Notes under the pieces: generated by a model
What the model was told of the DNA's origin: nothing
Database searches by the model: none
The model's input: the letters and a program-made list of their open reading frames with translations, nothing else
Position numbers and translations under genes: made by a program
NCBI GenBank assembly: GCA_000002435.2
Contig: CM018790.1
Length of the DNA: 64,000 nt
Source of the DNA: Giardia intestinalis
Lineage: Eukaryota
Direction: 5' to 3' (one strand)
Part shown: positions 1 through 9,621 of the stretch, one piece after another
How positions within the stretch are numbered: the stretch's first letter is position 1
Layout: each line of letters begins with the position of its first letter

Positions 1-799
1 TCTGTGTAAGGCTGCTGAGCAGATGTTAGACGATGCGTTTACCACTTAAATAGATGATTATGTTTATACTTTCCTACAGTAAAAGAACCTCTGACAGAAA
101 GGTTGACAATAAGGATGACAGTGATGGAATCCTTGGCAACGAGGCTATCCTTGTTACTATTGCTGATTTTGAATACGCACTTCTTTCCTTTTAAATAACA
201 TTCTCTGGTATATCCTTCACATTTCTTAATTATCCCATAGTGCTTATAGCCTTTTATGGGGTGTATTATAGATTCGCTATCATTTCTCCTGGATTTCTTA
301 TTATCTCTGTTGATAATAGATTAATGAACTTCGTGCTAGAGCCTTTACTATCATCGAAACAGCATATTATGAGCGTCTCTTTATTCCTACAAATTTCATT
401 GTTACCTCCCTAAATGTGATTTATCTATTGGCATACCAAGCTTATCCTAGCGTTTGCTCATTCAATTCTTAAATCAGTAGACACCAGTAAGTCTCGTGCA
501 TGCATTTTATCGGAATCCAATCAGTATGATCATCCAGTATGCTAGGTAAGTCAAATGTAAATAGCTGCATTTACCTGCACACCAGCAATCAGGCCACTTT
601 TCGTTTCCTGCTGCCACCCTCTATGCTTGGACCTGTAATACAAATGCGTCCTTCCATCAGCCCACGCCATCAAGAACCAGTCCATTCGGAGCAATCAGTT
701 GTATCCACCTACATGAGTATGTTGATGTAATAGCTATACACGACCTAGGCGTACTCACAGGCCTACTAGATGCACAACGCCCTGAACTAGTCCACTCTT

Positions 800-1757
800 T
801 GCGTCCTGCCGTAGCCCTCGATCGGGTGGCCTTGCGCAGTCGTCTCACGAAGAGGTACCACGCAGCGATAGGGGCAGCGAGCACTAGCCGGGCTGTGCAG
901 CGTTCGCCTCTAAGCTGTGCAGCATGTGCTCATGTAGAGAGCTTGTCCGGCGGGCCCTGCCGTGGCCTGCTCCAATGGGGGCTGGTCTCAGTGGCTGGCC
1001 GCAGCGCGCAGGAGCCACAGCCAGGGCAGGGCAACTGGGTCTCTGCACGTGCTACAAAGCCGTGTGCACTGCATCGCAACAGGGACGGACACTCCGCGGC
1101 CGTGGGCCCGCCAGAGGGTCGGTGGACCTGCACGAGACGTCGCGTTCTCGCGCAAGGCCTGCCTCGGAAAGCCCCGGCCGGCGCGGAACAGCTGCGTGCA
1201 TCCGTGCAGCCAGCGCAGCCCGGAATCTCGCCGGACAAAAGAAAAAATGCGCGTCTGTGCCTCGAATCGACGCGCCGGTCGGTGTGTGCAGCCAGTGTCG
1301 GCCTCGGTGGACGTGTCTCTGTGGTTGCTAGATGTCTGGCCCTGGTACGCAGCCAGTGGGGTGGATCTGGACTGGAGCAGGCGGCTGCCAAGGGCATCGA
1401 CTGTGTGGGACAGGGCCGGGGGTGGCTTCCGCAGCGGCATCGCTGGTTTGGCTGGGCCGCTGACCCGGCAACTGTCGCCGTACGTGGCCAGCGGAGCCGC
1501 CATGCCCCCGTAAGCGGGGAGCCCCTTCCTCGGCCAGAATCGGCTCTAGAATGGCTCCCAGCCTAGGCGTTCGTCCATTCAGAACCCCTCCGTGCGAGGC
1601 CTCGATGGTACTGTAGGATGTTTTCGTACAGTCTCTACGGCTGTTCTGTTCGAGCTCGAAAAGAAAATCGGGAGAGCGCTTCCACCCACGCGCCTCTTTT
1701 GCCCTTCTGGCTGTAGACCGTGATTCCTCCTCTGGTGCGAGGCGGTGCAGCAGGGGC
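800..1757. other. GC-rich island with all six reading frames open and no credible CDS
   Basis: Five overlapping ORFs of 135-255 aa on both strands (799-1566+, 924-1331+, 962-1513+, 930-1397-, 988-1503-, 1328-1795-) with Arg/Pro/Ala/Gly-rich nonsense translations. This pattern is typical of ~65% GC DNA that lacks AT-rich stop codons. It lies immediately 3' of the Pro-rich tail of the minus-strand gene ending at 1758. Confidence 0.5.
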
Positions 1758-2711
1758 TCAGGGCTGCCTGGTCGGCCTTCCGAGCGGACCGTCACCCGTG
1801 CCCACGGGCCATCCGCCAGTATGTCCTGGCGATTGTATCAGAACAGGGACGTATGTCAGCGGCACCCCGAAGCCGAAGGGGTAGGGCGTCGGCTGTAGAC
1901 TGAGCACCCCCGACGCCTGGAGATAAGGGACGGCACCAGGGGCCGGATAGACACCCGGGATCGGATAAACATTCGGAGCAGCGCTAGGAGTGGGCGCGAA
2001 GGGCGGAACCAAGGAAAGGCTGGATGGTAGGTTCCTTGGCTCGACAATGCTGCAAGCAACAGACTCTGGTGGCGCAGATAGCGAGTTCTCAGGTACAGAC
2101 GTCCCTGTTTCGTCTTCGTCCTGAGGAGAAGATGGGGTTTCATCATTGTAACCAGGTAGGCGAAATACGGGTGGTTTAAACACCTCCTCGTTAGGGAGGC
2201 ACTGCTCTGCGCTAGATGGGTGATGGATGGCCGCACATGATCTGCTGCGTCTCGAGGAATGCTGAATACCGCACTTCTTGAAGAGGGTTTTGATACTACG
2301 GCTGTTGATTATATTGTTATAAGTCATCCGCAATTCTTGGCGTGGATACTTTTTCCCAAATTTCTCGCGAACCTTTCCATAGATGTCTTCTCTCACAATC
2401 CTTCTGCTTTCAATCCCATCTATGATAATTCCACGGATAATCTGACGATCTTCTTCTGTCATCTTTATGTTCAGAATGTTTCTTAGATGCGTTTCACGGT
2501 ACCAGTGGTAGATCCTGTTGCGATTTTGGTTGATCTCCGTGGCAATTTTGCGCCAGTTTACAGACGTTTTTATAACGTAAGTATAAAGTCTGTAAGGATT
2601 TGCAACAAGATCATTTGCAGTCTCTTGGATCTTTCGTACCCTGATAACTTCTTCAGCTAGCTTACGAAGGACCTCAATTTGGTCAGCGGGTGATAGACAG
2701 CAGCCAACCAT
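1758..2711 (-). CDS. hypothetical protein; N-terminal helical region with possible Myb/HTH-like stretch (..VNWRKIATEINQNRNRIYHWYRETH..), Pro/Tyr-rich low-complexity C-terminal tail
   Basis: Long ORF. The track start at 2723 is TTG; the first ATG is at aa5 (MVGCCLSPAD...), preceded by an AT-rich initiator-like sequence (ATATATAATATTTGCAGAAGACC-ATG) on the minus strand. Function unknown. Confidence 0.4.
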   Translation of the reverse strand: MVGCCLSPADQIEVLRKLAEEVIRVRKIQETANDLVANPYRLYTYVIKTSVNWRKIATEINQNRNRIYHWYRETHLRNILNIKMTEEDRQIIRGIIIDGIESRRIVREDIYGKVREKFGKKYPRQELRMTYNNIINSRSIKTLFKKCGIQHSSRRSRSCAAIHHPSSAEQCLPNEEVFKPPVFRLPGYNDETPSSPQDEDETGTSVPENSLSAPPESVACSIVEPRNLPSSLSLVPPFAPTPSAAPNVYPIPGVYPAPGAVPYLQASGVLSLQPTPYPFGFGVPLTYVPVLIQSPGHTGGWPVGTGDGPLGRPTRQP

Positions 2712-3411
2712 GGTCTTCTGCAAATATTATATATGGCCACAATCTGATGCATTAATATAGCGTAACGGTTGTGATTTGGCGTCGCCGGCGGCTTCTGTGA
2801 CCAGGATATGCTTCATCTAGCATCTAGGACTATTTCTGCCGCTTGTTTTCGAAGAATATTCTTCACTTTTTTGCTCTATTTTCTCTTTCCATTTCGAGAT
2901 CCAGGCCTCTTCAACGTAGACCCTGCTCTGCATAGCCTTACTGGTATTTTATTCACACATATATGCCCGTTTACCAGGGATAGCGAGTCTACTGTCAGTC
3001 TTTTTTCGAAAGTTTAGCACTAGATAAGTTTAGACTCGTGCTGTGCGCTGTGAAGATCCTGTGTGCTTCTAAGTATGCCTGCAATAAATTCTACAACGAG
3101 CTTTAGTCTCGGCACACTGTAGACCCACTAGCTGAGTATATTGACTAACAGGGAGATGATTTGCGCGCCTTTATACTTACAAGAACGAGTGAAAGCTGCG
3201 CTGAACAAGCTGCAGACCACGGTCGTCCACGGGGTGATGGCGCGGCTCACAACTAGCTGCTGCATGTACAGAACAGCACACATGGTCAAGGTCGGTCATT
3301 TACGGCGAAGAGCAAGGCCCCAGAAATTAACAGGAAGCGCCCCAGCGAGCACGACAAGGCCCCACAAGGGCGCGCTGAGCTGCAGGCCGTGCGGTGGAGC
3401 GGGACGGAAAG

Positions 3412-3484
3412 TGGACGATGAGGGATTTGAACCCCCGGCCTCTTGCATGCTAGGCAAGCGCTCTACCAACTGAGCTAACCGCCC
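3412..3484 (-). tRNA. tRNA-Ala (anticodon AGC)
   Basis: The reverse complement reads GGGCGGT-TA-GCTC-AGTTGGTA-GAGC-G-CTTGC-CTAGCAT-GCAAG-AGGCC-GGGGG-TTCAAAT-CCCTC-ATCGTCC-A (73 nt). The cloverleaf is complete: 7-bp acceptor stem with two G.U pairs, perfect D- and anticodon stems, U33, anticodon AGC at 34-36, purine at 37, T-loop TTCAAAT. It has the G3:U70 pair that is the identity element of tRNA-Ala. CCA is not encoded, as expected in a eukaryote. Confidence 0.85.
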
Positions 3485-3676
3485 TCGGAGCGGAGAAAAA
3501 TACCAGAACAGATGGCAGAGTACCGTGTTGTGTGGCCCGGGAGCGGCGCCTCGTGTCCTCGTTTACTGCCTGGCTGGCTGCGCCCGGAGCGCGAGCGTGA
3601 ACCCCCGCCCCGCCCCGTCGCAGGTGACTGTATTATCGAACCATACTAATCTTTAATCAAATAAACCCGCCTAAAA

Positions 3677-4669
3677 ATGAATACAGAGGTTTTGCTAGAG
3701 ATAGCGGAGAGTGTGCTGCTGTGTCTTCCATCTAGACTGCGAGATAAGTACTTCAAACTTAAAACTGAACTATCTGGCATGGATCTGAAGTCCTCAGCTC
3801 CAGATTTCGGGAGTGTAGAGCTTCGGCCATTAACACGGTCAAACACAACAGAGTACCAGCATGACCCTCTGATTCTCCCACAAACAGCAAATAAAAGCAT
3901 CCAGGCACCGCACGATCCCTTTGTTCGTGATTCTATTAATGCCGCGACTCAATCAGAGCTTCCAGTATTACACTTTTTAGAGGTTTCCCAGATTACTGAG
4001 ATTCTAGACCAGATATACCTAGTACTGCGGCGACTTAGATCGTCAATCGCTCCCGCTGCAAGAACACGGGCTCAATCAGAAGCCCCTAGTTTATTTTCAG
4101 AAGCCATTAATTTACTATCCATTCCGGACAAAGACAATGACCTTTTGATTTGCGTGTTGAATGGCTGCAAAAGTATTCTAGAGGAAGCAGAATGCTGTTC
4201 AAGAAACTTTTCTGTGTTCAGCAAAAATTTATCCGAGTCGGCAGCTGCATCCAGGGTTGCTTCTTCAACTTTGACCAATATGGAGAAGGAAAATACAAAG
4301 CTTCAGTCTATCATTTGCGAAAGAGACCGACAGATATCACAGCTTCTAAGTGAAGCGGAACTATATAATAAGGTACAAAGCGCGCTTAAGGAGCAAAACC
4401 ATACTCTCGAGTACAACATGAACGTGCTTCAACAGCGGATAGATGGCTTTGACCGGAAGATGAACGACAGTGACAGGCTCTTCAAGGAATGTAACACGGC
4501 ATACCTTTCTAGCCTTACAACTCTTCGGAAGGAGGCCGAGAAGCAGATTTCGCATTTAGGAAATCAGCTGGCTATTACACACGATCGGCTGCGGCGGATG
4601 AAGGGCCGTGTTGAAGATCTCTCAGCAACTGGAAGCATCTTGACGGCAAGCATTTTGGCTGACAGCTAA
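3677..4669 (+). CDS. hypothetical coiled-coil protein
   Basis: 330-aa ORF starting at an ATG preceded by CTAAAA. The C-terminal half has heptad-like charged/Leu-rich sequence (..KENTKLQSIICERDRQISQLLSEAELYNKVQSALKEQNHTLEYNMNVLQQRIDGFDRKMND..). No catalytic motif recognised. Confidence 0.5.
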   Translation: MNTEVLLEIAESVLLCLPSRLRDKYFKLKTELSGMDLKSSAPDFGSVELRPLTRSNTTEYQHDPLILPQTANKSIQAPHDPFVRDSINAATQSELPVLHFLEVSQITEILDQIYLVLRRLRSSIAPAARTRAQSEAPSLFSEAINLLSIPDKDNDLLICVLNGCKSILEEAECCSRNFSVFSKNLSESAAASRVASSTLTNMEKENTKLQSIICERDRQISQLLSEAELYNKVQSALKEQNHTLEYNMNVLQQRIDGFDRKMNDSDRLFKECNTAYLSSLTTLRKEAEKQISHLGNQLAITHDRLRRMKGRVEDLSATGSILTASILADS

Positions 4670-4676
4670 CAAAAAA

Positions 4677-5177
4677 ATGAAACGTGGTGGCACGAACACA
4701 CGCGAAAAGAATGTTGCATCCTTCTCAGACACCTCTTCAGAAAGTAGTGCGTCGTTTGATGTTGCAGTTGCAGAGCAATATCTCACCATTTTAGCGAGCC
4801 CCTGGCATACTGTCCGCACTCCAGTCAAGGCCAAGCTACGGCCTAAAAAGCTGCAGCGGCAGCGCTTTACCCGCACAAGGAGCACTAGGCTTATGCTCCT
4901 CGACGAAAGCTCTGACATAAACAGTGATGCAACCTCAACAAGTTCTGAGGATTATGAAGTCGTCGCCCAACTCATTCGGCGGCGTCCTCGGACAAAGATC
5001 CCGTCCGCCCCATCTGATAGTGAGACGAGTGATGGGGCATCGGATGACGGAGATGCAGGAGTCGTCTTTTTTGTCCCAGGCGGCCGTCGGCCTGCACGGT
5101 CTTCACAATCCGAGCCACCTCGAAAGTTGTGCCTTGACGGTCTCATTGATATCCTTCTGGACCTTGCTGAGTCATAA
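4677..5177 (+). CDS. hypothetical acidic Ser/Thr/Asp-rich protein
   Basis: 166-aa ORF. Its ATG is 7 nt after the upstream stop (..TAACAAAAAAATG), which is Giardia-like compact spacing. Low-complexity S/D/E-rich composition. Weakly supported as a real gene. Confidence 0.35.
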   Translation: MKRGGTNTREKNVASFSDTSSESSASFDVAVAEQYLTILASPWHTVRTPVKAKLRPKKLQRQRFTRTRSTRLMLLDESSDINSDATSTSSEDYEVVAQLIRRRPRTKIPSAPSDSETSDGASDDGDAGVVFFVPGGRRPARSSQSEPPRKLCLDGLIDILLDLAES

Positions 5178-5291
5178 GGACCACCATAGCTGCATTTATT
5201 CTGATTCTGTTCGGAAGCGTGAGCATATGCACTGTACGACTGTGCTTGAAATCATGGTCCACAAAGACAGTACTGGAGATAGTACAGCTCA

Positions 5292-8200
5292 CTAGTGATG
5301 CCCCTCTTCGTCTGAGTCCGGCCCACGCCCTTCATCATACGTCTTATTGATACTCCGCATCGTTTCATCGGGGCCCGCAATTCTGCTGATATCTGGTGTA
5401 TCAGGTAGGGTAGCCATTCGTGGGTTCTTGCTCATTATGCTGGGACCTCCGTCTCCAAATATGCCGCTCTGTGCTTCCTGGATTCTAACTCCGATGGTGC
5501 TCATGAGGCTATCACCCACTATGGTGGAAGCTCCCGGGGCCTGGGTACCTGGGACCTGTGGCGTTGACCTGGCTGGTGGCAGAGGTGTTGGTTTGGCGAC
5601 TGAAGCACTCGCTGCTCTGCTTCCTTTCTTGTTACCCTTCTTCCCCTTCTTGCCCTTCACTCCCTTTTCTTGCAGTTTCTTCAACTTTTCAGGATTCATC
5701 TGCTCCATGACCATGGTCTTAACGCAGTCTCTTAGCTCCAAACGCTCTCGCTTCTCTTGTAAACGTTGGTCCTTCGTCTTTAGCTTATCTAACTTCTTGA
5801 GTTCGGCCTCAGATATCTCATACTCCGGGGGCTGGCTATCGTCAGAGTCTGAGACTGGCTGGTCGTAACCGTTCTTGTCCAAGAAGTCAAATACTTTGGT
5901 GGTGGCAATGATCTTATTAATGGAAACAACGTGATCGAATTCTGTGTTACTCAGAGCCTCAAATTGCGCAAAGATATGTATTCGCTCTTTGAGTTTTGCC
6001 TTCAGAGAAAGAGAGAGCTTATCCATGTCAAAGCCGACAATGTCTCTCTTCGGATTGGTAATAAGATAACTGAAGGCATGCTTCATCCACGTAACATAGT
6101 CTGCCCTGATCTTCTCCAGCTCGCCTGTATATGCTTCGCAATTCTTGTCATACATTGTTCCTAGAGTAGATATCAGTGCCTCTCCATAGATGAAATAATC
6201 TAGGGGAGTGAGGTGCCGGTTGTCCAGAGGCCAATCGCTCTCAAAAACGCGAGAGTCGTCTCCCATAGCACCTAGCTTCGGGTCATTCGGGTCTCCTTCC
6301 ACAGGTACCACACCCGGAGCTGTTGTTGCTGCTAGAGCAGATGAGTAATCTCCCCCAGTGGGCAAACTGTTGGTAGTATCTTGAGTGTATTCAGATGTCG
6401 TGTCCATTGTCTCTGAAGAGAACATGGACATGAAGTTGCAGTTTCTCAAATCCAAGATCCCTCCATATTTAACTACATCCAGCGATTGTTCTAGGTCAAC
6501 CTTGCTCATTCCATACACACTGGCCTCAATCGTGTAGATGTTCTCGCACGCCCATTTCTTGACACCATATACACGCAACGTACCCGGTTTAGTGACTTCG
6601 GAATTGTTGTAGGTACAACTCTTAAGATCAAAGATATAGTTTTCCTTGTTATTCTGCAGCATGATAGGAAAGATCATTTCAGAGAAAAGGAGTCGATAAG
6701 GAGACTCTTCTGGGATCTGGTGTATCTGTGGAGACTTCTGTTCTAGCCTATCATTACGTGTGCTCAGTACCCCTGTGACTTGTGGTCCTTTTCCAGAAGC
6801 CGGGGCAATCGTGGTTGTAGGATTAAATCTGACCCCTACACCGCCTGCCTGTCCGCTCCCCACGCCTGCACTGGGGACACGCGAATTCTCTGCTGTGTGA
6901 CTAGTTGAAGAGGTCTCTTGGACAGTTTTGTACGTTGCCATCATGATCTTATGCCGCAAGAGCGCGTATTCGTTAGGATTTATGGTGTATTTGTAGGCTG
7001 CTTTAAGCAGCGAAGATTTGCTTTCTGCTTCCTTTTTAGCTGTTATGTTTCCCCCTTCTTCTCCTTCTGCTGAAAATACAGCCTTTGCAAAGTCTGTCTT
7101 CATTATGTTGACACCTACAAACTTAATAAACTGTTCTTCGTAGTAGCGCTCTATAAGGGGGACATCTAGCTCTGGCTTGATCATAGACTCATAAGTATTG
7201 GCCCCAAACAGTGCGTTCTTAGTTGCCATATGCCTGTCCATTGCTTCTTTGTATAGCTTTTCGAATACATCCTTGTCGACTCCTCCAGTCCGCTGAGTCG
7301 TTATGGAAGATGAGTCCAATAGTTTAGACGTGGTGGATGATAGCATAGAGTCCTGAGACGACTTCTCTTTTTCTTGTTCTCTTCGCCTTTCACGAGCGGT
7401 ATTTAGTAAAGTGTTGATGCTAATCAGGTCGTGAGTGAAGAAGGAGACCATGTTTTCCATTCCGAGATTAGGAATAAGGCCCAACTGACCGCAAGAAATC
7501 CAGAAGAGACGCTTAAGATCAGCGTAATTAATGCTCTCATTGGTATGGAGAAAGAAGTTGGGTTGCTTCGAGGTTCCGTGAATGTCCATTATAAATTTCA
7601 ATGTGTACTTTTGTTCTATCACATAGTCCTGGATCAATTCCCGCAGGGCAAACAGCGTAGGACTGTCTAGGTTAGTGGTTGTGGCCCAATGCTTATTGAG
7701 ATCTATTCGCCCGATATCGACACGCGAATTCCCTACTATAACACCATCAACGTTCACCATGGGGACGATCTTGAACAAAAACTTGTCTAGGAGAAACTTT
7801 CTAAGAAGCTCATTCTTATATAAACGCACCTTCAATTCCTTTAGCTCTTCGGCCGTAAGGTGATTATTTTGTCGGTAGCGCTCATCTATGCCGTAGTAAT
7901 TTCCAGCCACACCAAACAGTTCATCCTGTGAGGGTAAATCTGGCGGGATGTACTGCTGCGGTGGAGCTGGTCGAGATCCATCAGGATTCAGGACAATTTT
8001 AGGGGTTACTTCAGCTGCTGGCTGCTCTTGTGGCGATATGGTTGCAGCTAAGTCACGCATCTGCATGTCCTCTTGAGCTCCAGCATTGCCAAGAGAAACA
8101 TCTGGGCCTTCCACTGAATTATCCTGAAGCAGAAACTCTGGATTGTTATTGGCAACATGGTTCAATAGCCACGTAATGTATCGTTTCAGCTCTGCGTCGC

Positions 8201-9560
8201 GACGGCCAGATAGAAAGTCCAGAAGCCCCTGAAGAACATAACTTCCGGAAGTCTCACAGGGGTGAACCCGTGCAAGAATTACTATGAGCTCCTTACTCTG
8301 GGACGTGCCACCCATTGTTATTACATTGCAACTGTTCTCCATGAGTGTACGTGTAAGCTTCTCTATCCGCACCAGGGGGATAGCGCGCAAATATTCCATG
8401 TATCTGTTAAGATCAGTGTAAGTATATGGAAAGGCAGAGGCCAAGAAAACAATGTCTTCGTCTGATTTGAATGTTAAACTAAAGGAAAGAGTGTACTGGG
8501 ATCCCATCACATCTTGCTGTGGTTTAGATGACACCTTCTTCTTCTTAGTTATGGGCTTCTGCTCCTTTTTGTCAGATGATTTTGCTCGTGTTCCAGACTT
8601 AGATGCCGCACGACTAGCTGGCCTAGACTTTGTCCCCGATGTCTTAGGGCGCTCCGCAGCAGCCTCTACAATTGGGTTTGCATAGATATTCTCAACCATT
8701 CCGTAATAGTATTCACCTCTCTTTTTCAGCACATTAGGATAGTAGCATATCTCCTCGCCCATACGCCTCCAACCCTTTTTATGTTGTGATGGAGTATACA
8801 CCAAAATGCCAGCTCCTTCCAAAAACATCGAGGTGGGCTTTACAAAGTTAAGGATCTTGAATGTGTACCTAGTATGCTTTCTCACGTTACCGATCGCAAA
8901 ATAGAACCAATTCATGTGCTCACAAGTGCCAAAATCTGGGCTCATCATAAGCTCGTACTGCTGAGAGCCAAGAACACGTGCTGCAGAGAAGAGATTTCCT
9001 GCCTCAAAGCGTGCATCAAAGACAAGGGAATCTCCCCAACGAGTGGTCCCTTTGCACTGATACCATCCCTTGCCCCTGTATTCGCTCACGAGTAACGCAT
9101 GATAAAGAAGGATACGCTGCGGATTGGCCACCACCAGATCTGTGTCTCGCCTCTTTGCTCGCTCTATATAAAGCTTTATTGTCGCCTTGTCATTGAGTGG
9201 AGACGAAGAGGAATTAATCCTGAGGTTATCTGGGGGATAGAAGGGGCCAACTACTCGCCGTGGAATATCAGTCCGTACGCGAGGATCAGGAACAGCTACG
9301 TTGTCCCGCGGATCTTCCACGAGCTTTTTCATCTGCGATTTAGACATGTTATCACCTTCAAAGCGCTTGTCTGCGTTATTAATGGCTAGCTCTGGGTTGT
9401 GGTTAAAGGACGGCAAGACGGTCTGATTGAAAAGAGCCTGCCGGTCTGGCCGCAAAATGCACCTAGCAGACACTGTGTCTGAGATGTCATATGATTCTCC
9501 ACGCGATAACAGAGTCCCCATGATCTCATTTTCTTCGGGGGTTACCCGCTGAGCGTGCAT
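5292..9560 (-). CDS. cytosolic carboxypeptidase (M14 family, Nna1/AGTPBP1/CCP-like; tubulin deglutamylase type) with very long insertions
   Basis: 1422-aa ORF with an ATG start preceded by GAATCTAAAA. It contains the CCP N-domain signature 'FDARFEAGNLFSAARV' (FESGNL motif), the Zn-binding 'ILARVHPCETSGSYVLQGLLDFLS' (HPGE-type motif) and 'MDIHGTSKQPNFFLH' (DLHGHS-like). Long Lys/Ser-rich and acidic inserts lie between the conserved blocks. Confidence 0.65.
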   Translation of the reverse strand: MHAQRVTPEENEIMGTLLSRGESYDISDTVSARCILRPDRQALFNQTVLPSFNHNPELAINNADKRFEGDNMSKSQMKKLVEDPRDNVAVPDPRVRTDIPRRVVGPFYPPDNLRINSSSSPLNDKATIKLYIERAKRRDTDLVVANPQRILLYHALLVSEYRGKGWYQCKGTTRWGDSLVFDARFEAGNLFSAARVLGSQQYELMMSPDFGTCEHMNWFYFAIGNVRKHTRYTFKILNFVKPTSMFLEGAGILVYTPSQHKKGWRRMGEEICYYPNVLKKRGEYYYGMVENIYANPIVEAAAERPKTSGTKSRPASRAASKSGTRAKSSDKKEQKPITKKKKVSSKPQQDVMGSQYTLSFSLTFKSDEDIVFLASAFPYTYTDLNRYMEYLRAIPLVRIEKLTRTLMENSCNVITMGGTSQSKELIVILARVHPCETSGSYVLQGLLDFLSGRRDAELKRYITWLLNHVANNNPEFLLQDNSVEGPDVSLGNAGAQEDMQMRDLAATISPQEQPAAEVTPKIVLNPDGSRPAPPQQYIPPDLPSQDELFGVAGNYYGIDERYRQNNHLTAEELKELKVRLYKNELLRKFLLDKFLFKIVPMVNVDGVIVGNSRVDIGRIDLNKHWATTTNLDSPTLFALRELIQDYVIEQKYTLKFIMDIHGTSKQPNFFLHTNESINYADLKRLFWISCGQLGLIPNLGMENMVSFFTHDLISINTLLNTARERRREQEKEKSSQDSMLSSTTSKLLDSSSITTQRTGGVDKDVFEKLYKEAMDRHMATKNALFGANTYESMIKPELDVPLIERYYEEQFIKFVGVNIMKTDFAKAVFSAEGEEGGNITAKKEAESKSSLLKAAYKYTINPNEYALLRHKIMMATYKTVQETSSTSHTAENSRVPSAGVGSGQAGGVGVRFNPTTTIAPASGKGPQVTGVLSTRNDRLEQKSPQIHQIPEESPYRLLFSEMIFPIMLQNNKENYIFDLKSCTYNNSEVTKPGTLRVYGVKKWACENIYTIEASVYGMSKVDLEQSLDVVKYGGILDLRNCNFMSMFSSETMDTTSEYTQDTTNSLPTGGDYSSALAATTAPGVVPVEGDPNDPKLGAMGDDSRVFESDWPLDNRHLTPLDYFIYGEALISTLGTMYDKNCEAYTGELEKIRADYVTWMKHAFSYLITNPKRDIVGFDMDKLSLSLKAKLKERIHIFAQFEALSNTEFDHVVSINKIIATTKVFDFLDKNGYDQPVSDSDDSQPPEYEISEAELKKLDKLKTKDQRLQEKRERLELRDCVKTMVMEQMNPEKLKKLQEKGVKGKKGKKGNKKGSRAASASVAKPTPLPPARSTPQVPGTQAPGASTIVGDSLMSTIGVRIQEAQSGIFGDGGPSIMSKNPRMATLPDTPDISRIAGPDETMRSINKTYDEGRGPDSDEEGHH

Positions 9561-9621
9561 TTTTAGATTCTGGTATTTTTCTTAGCTCGCCCAAGAATCT
9601 GTAGATTGTGTTAGAGGGCTG

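Noticed and set aside
800-1757. GC-rich block as a fragment of the (very GC-rich) rDNA unit
   Set aside because: I could not match it to the small-subunit rRNA 5' region as I remember it, and it lacks conserved rRNA strings I would recognise. The idea is left open for a BLAST check, not asserted.
799-1795. Six overlapping 135-255-aa ORFs on both strands
   Set aside because: These too are open frames from high-GC DNA. No frame shows a coherent domain, cysteine pattern or hydrophobic periodicity.
3073-3148. Possible tiny spliceosomal intron (GTATGC ... ACTAAC-AG)
   Set aside because: No flanking exons or ORF would be joined by splicing it. The branch-like motif is too close to the AG compared with known diplomonad introns, where the branch point is fused into a longer [A/C]CT[A/G]AC..ACAG 3' motif.
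3141-3473. 110-aa plus-strand ORF in the tRNA region
   Set aside because: It runs antisense straight through the tRNA-Ala gene and lies in GC-rich DNA where all frames are open. The translation is Arg/Ala-rich nonsense.
5347-5868. 173-aa plus-strand ORF inside the carboxypeptidase gene, and similar antisense ORFs inside kinesin (51664-52074, 51669-52043), HCMP (53964-54380) and CCP (7431-7863, 8262-9389)
   Set aside because: They are antisense to strongly supported genes. Their products are low-complexity Leu/Ser/Phe-rich or otherwise featureless, which is typical of antisense strands of coiled-coil or Lys/Glu-rich coding sequence.
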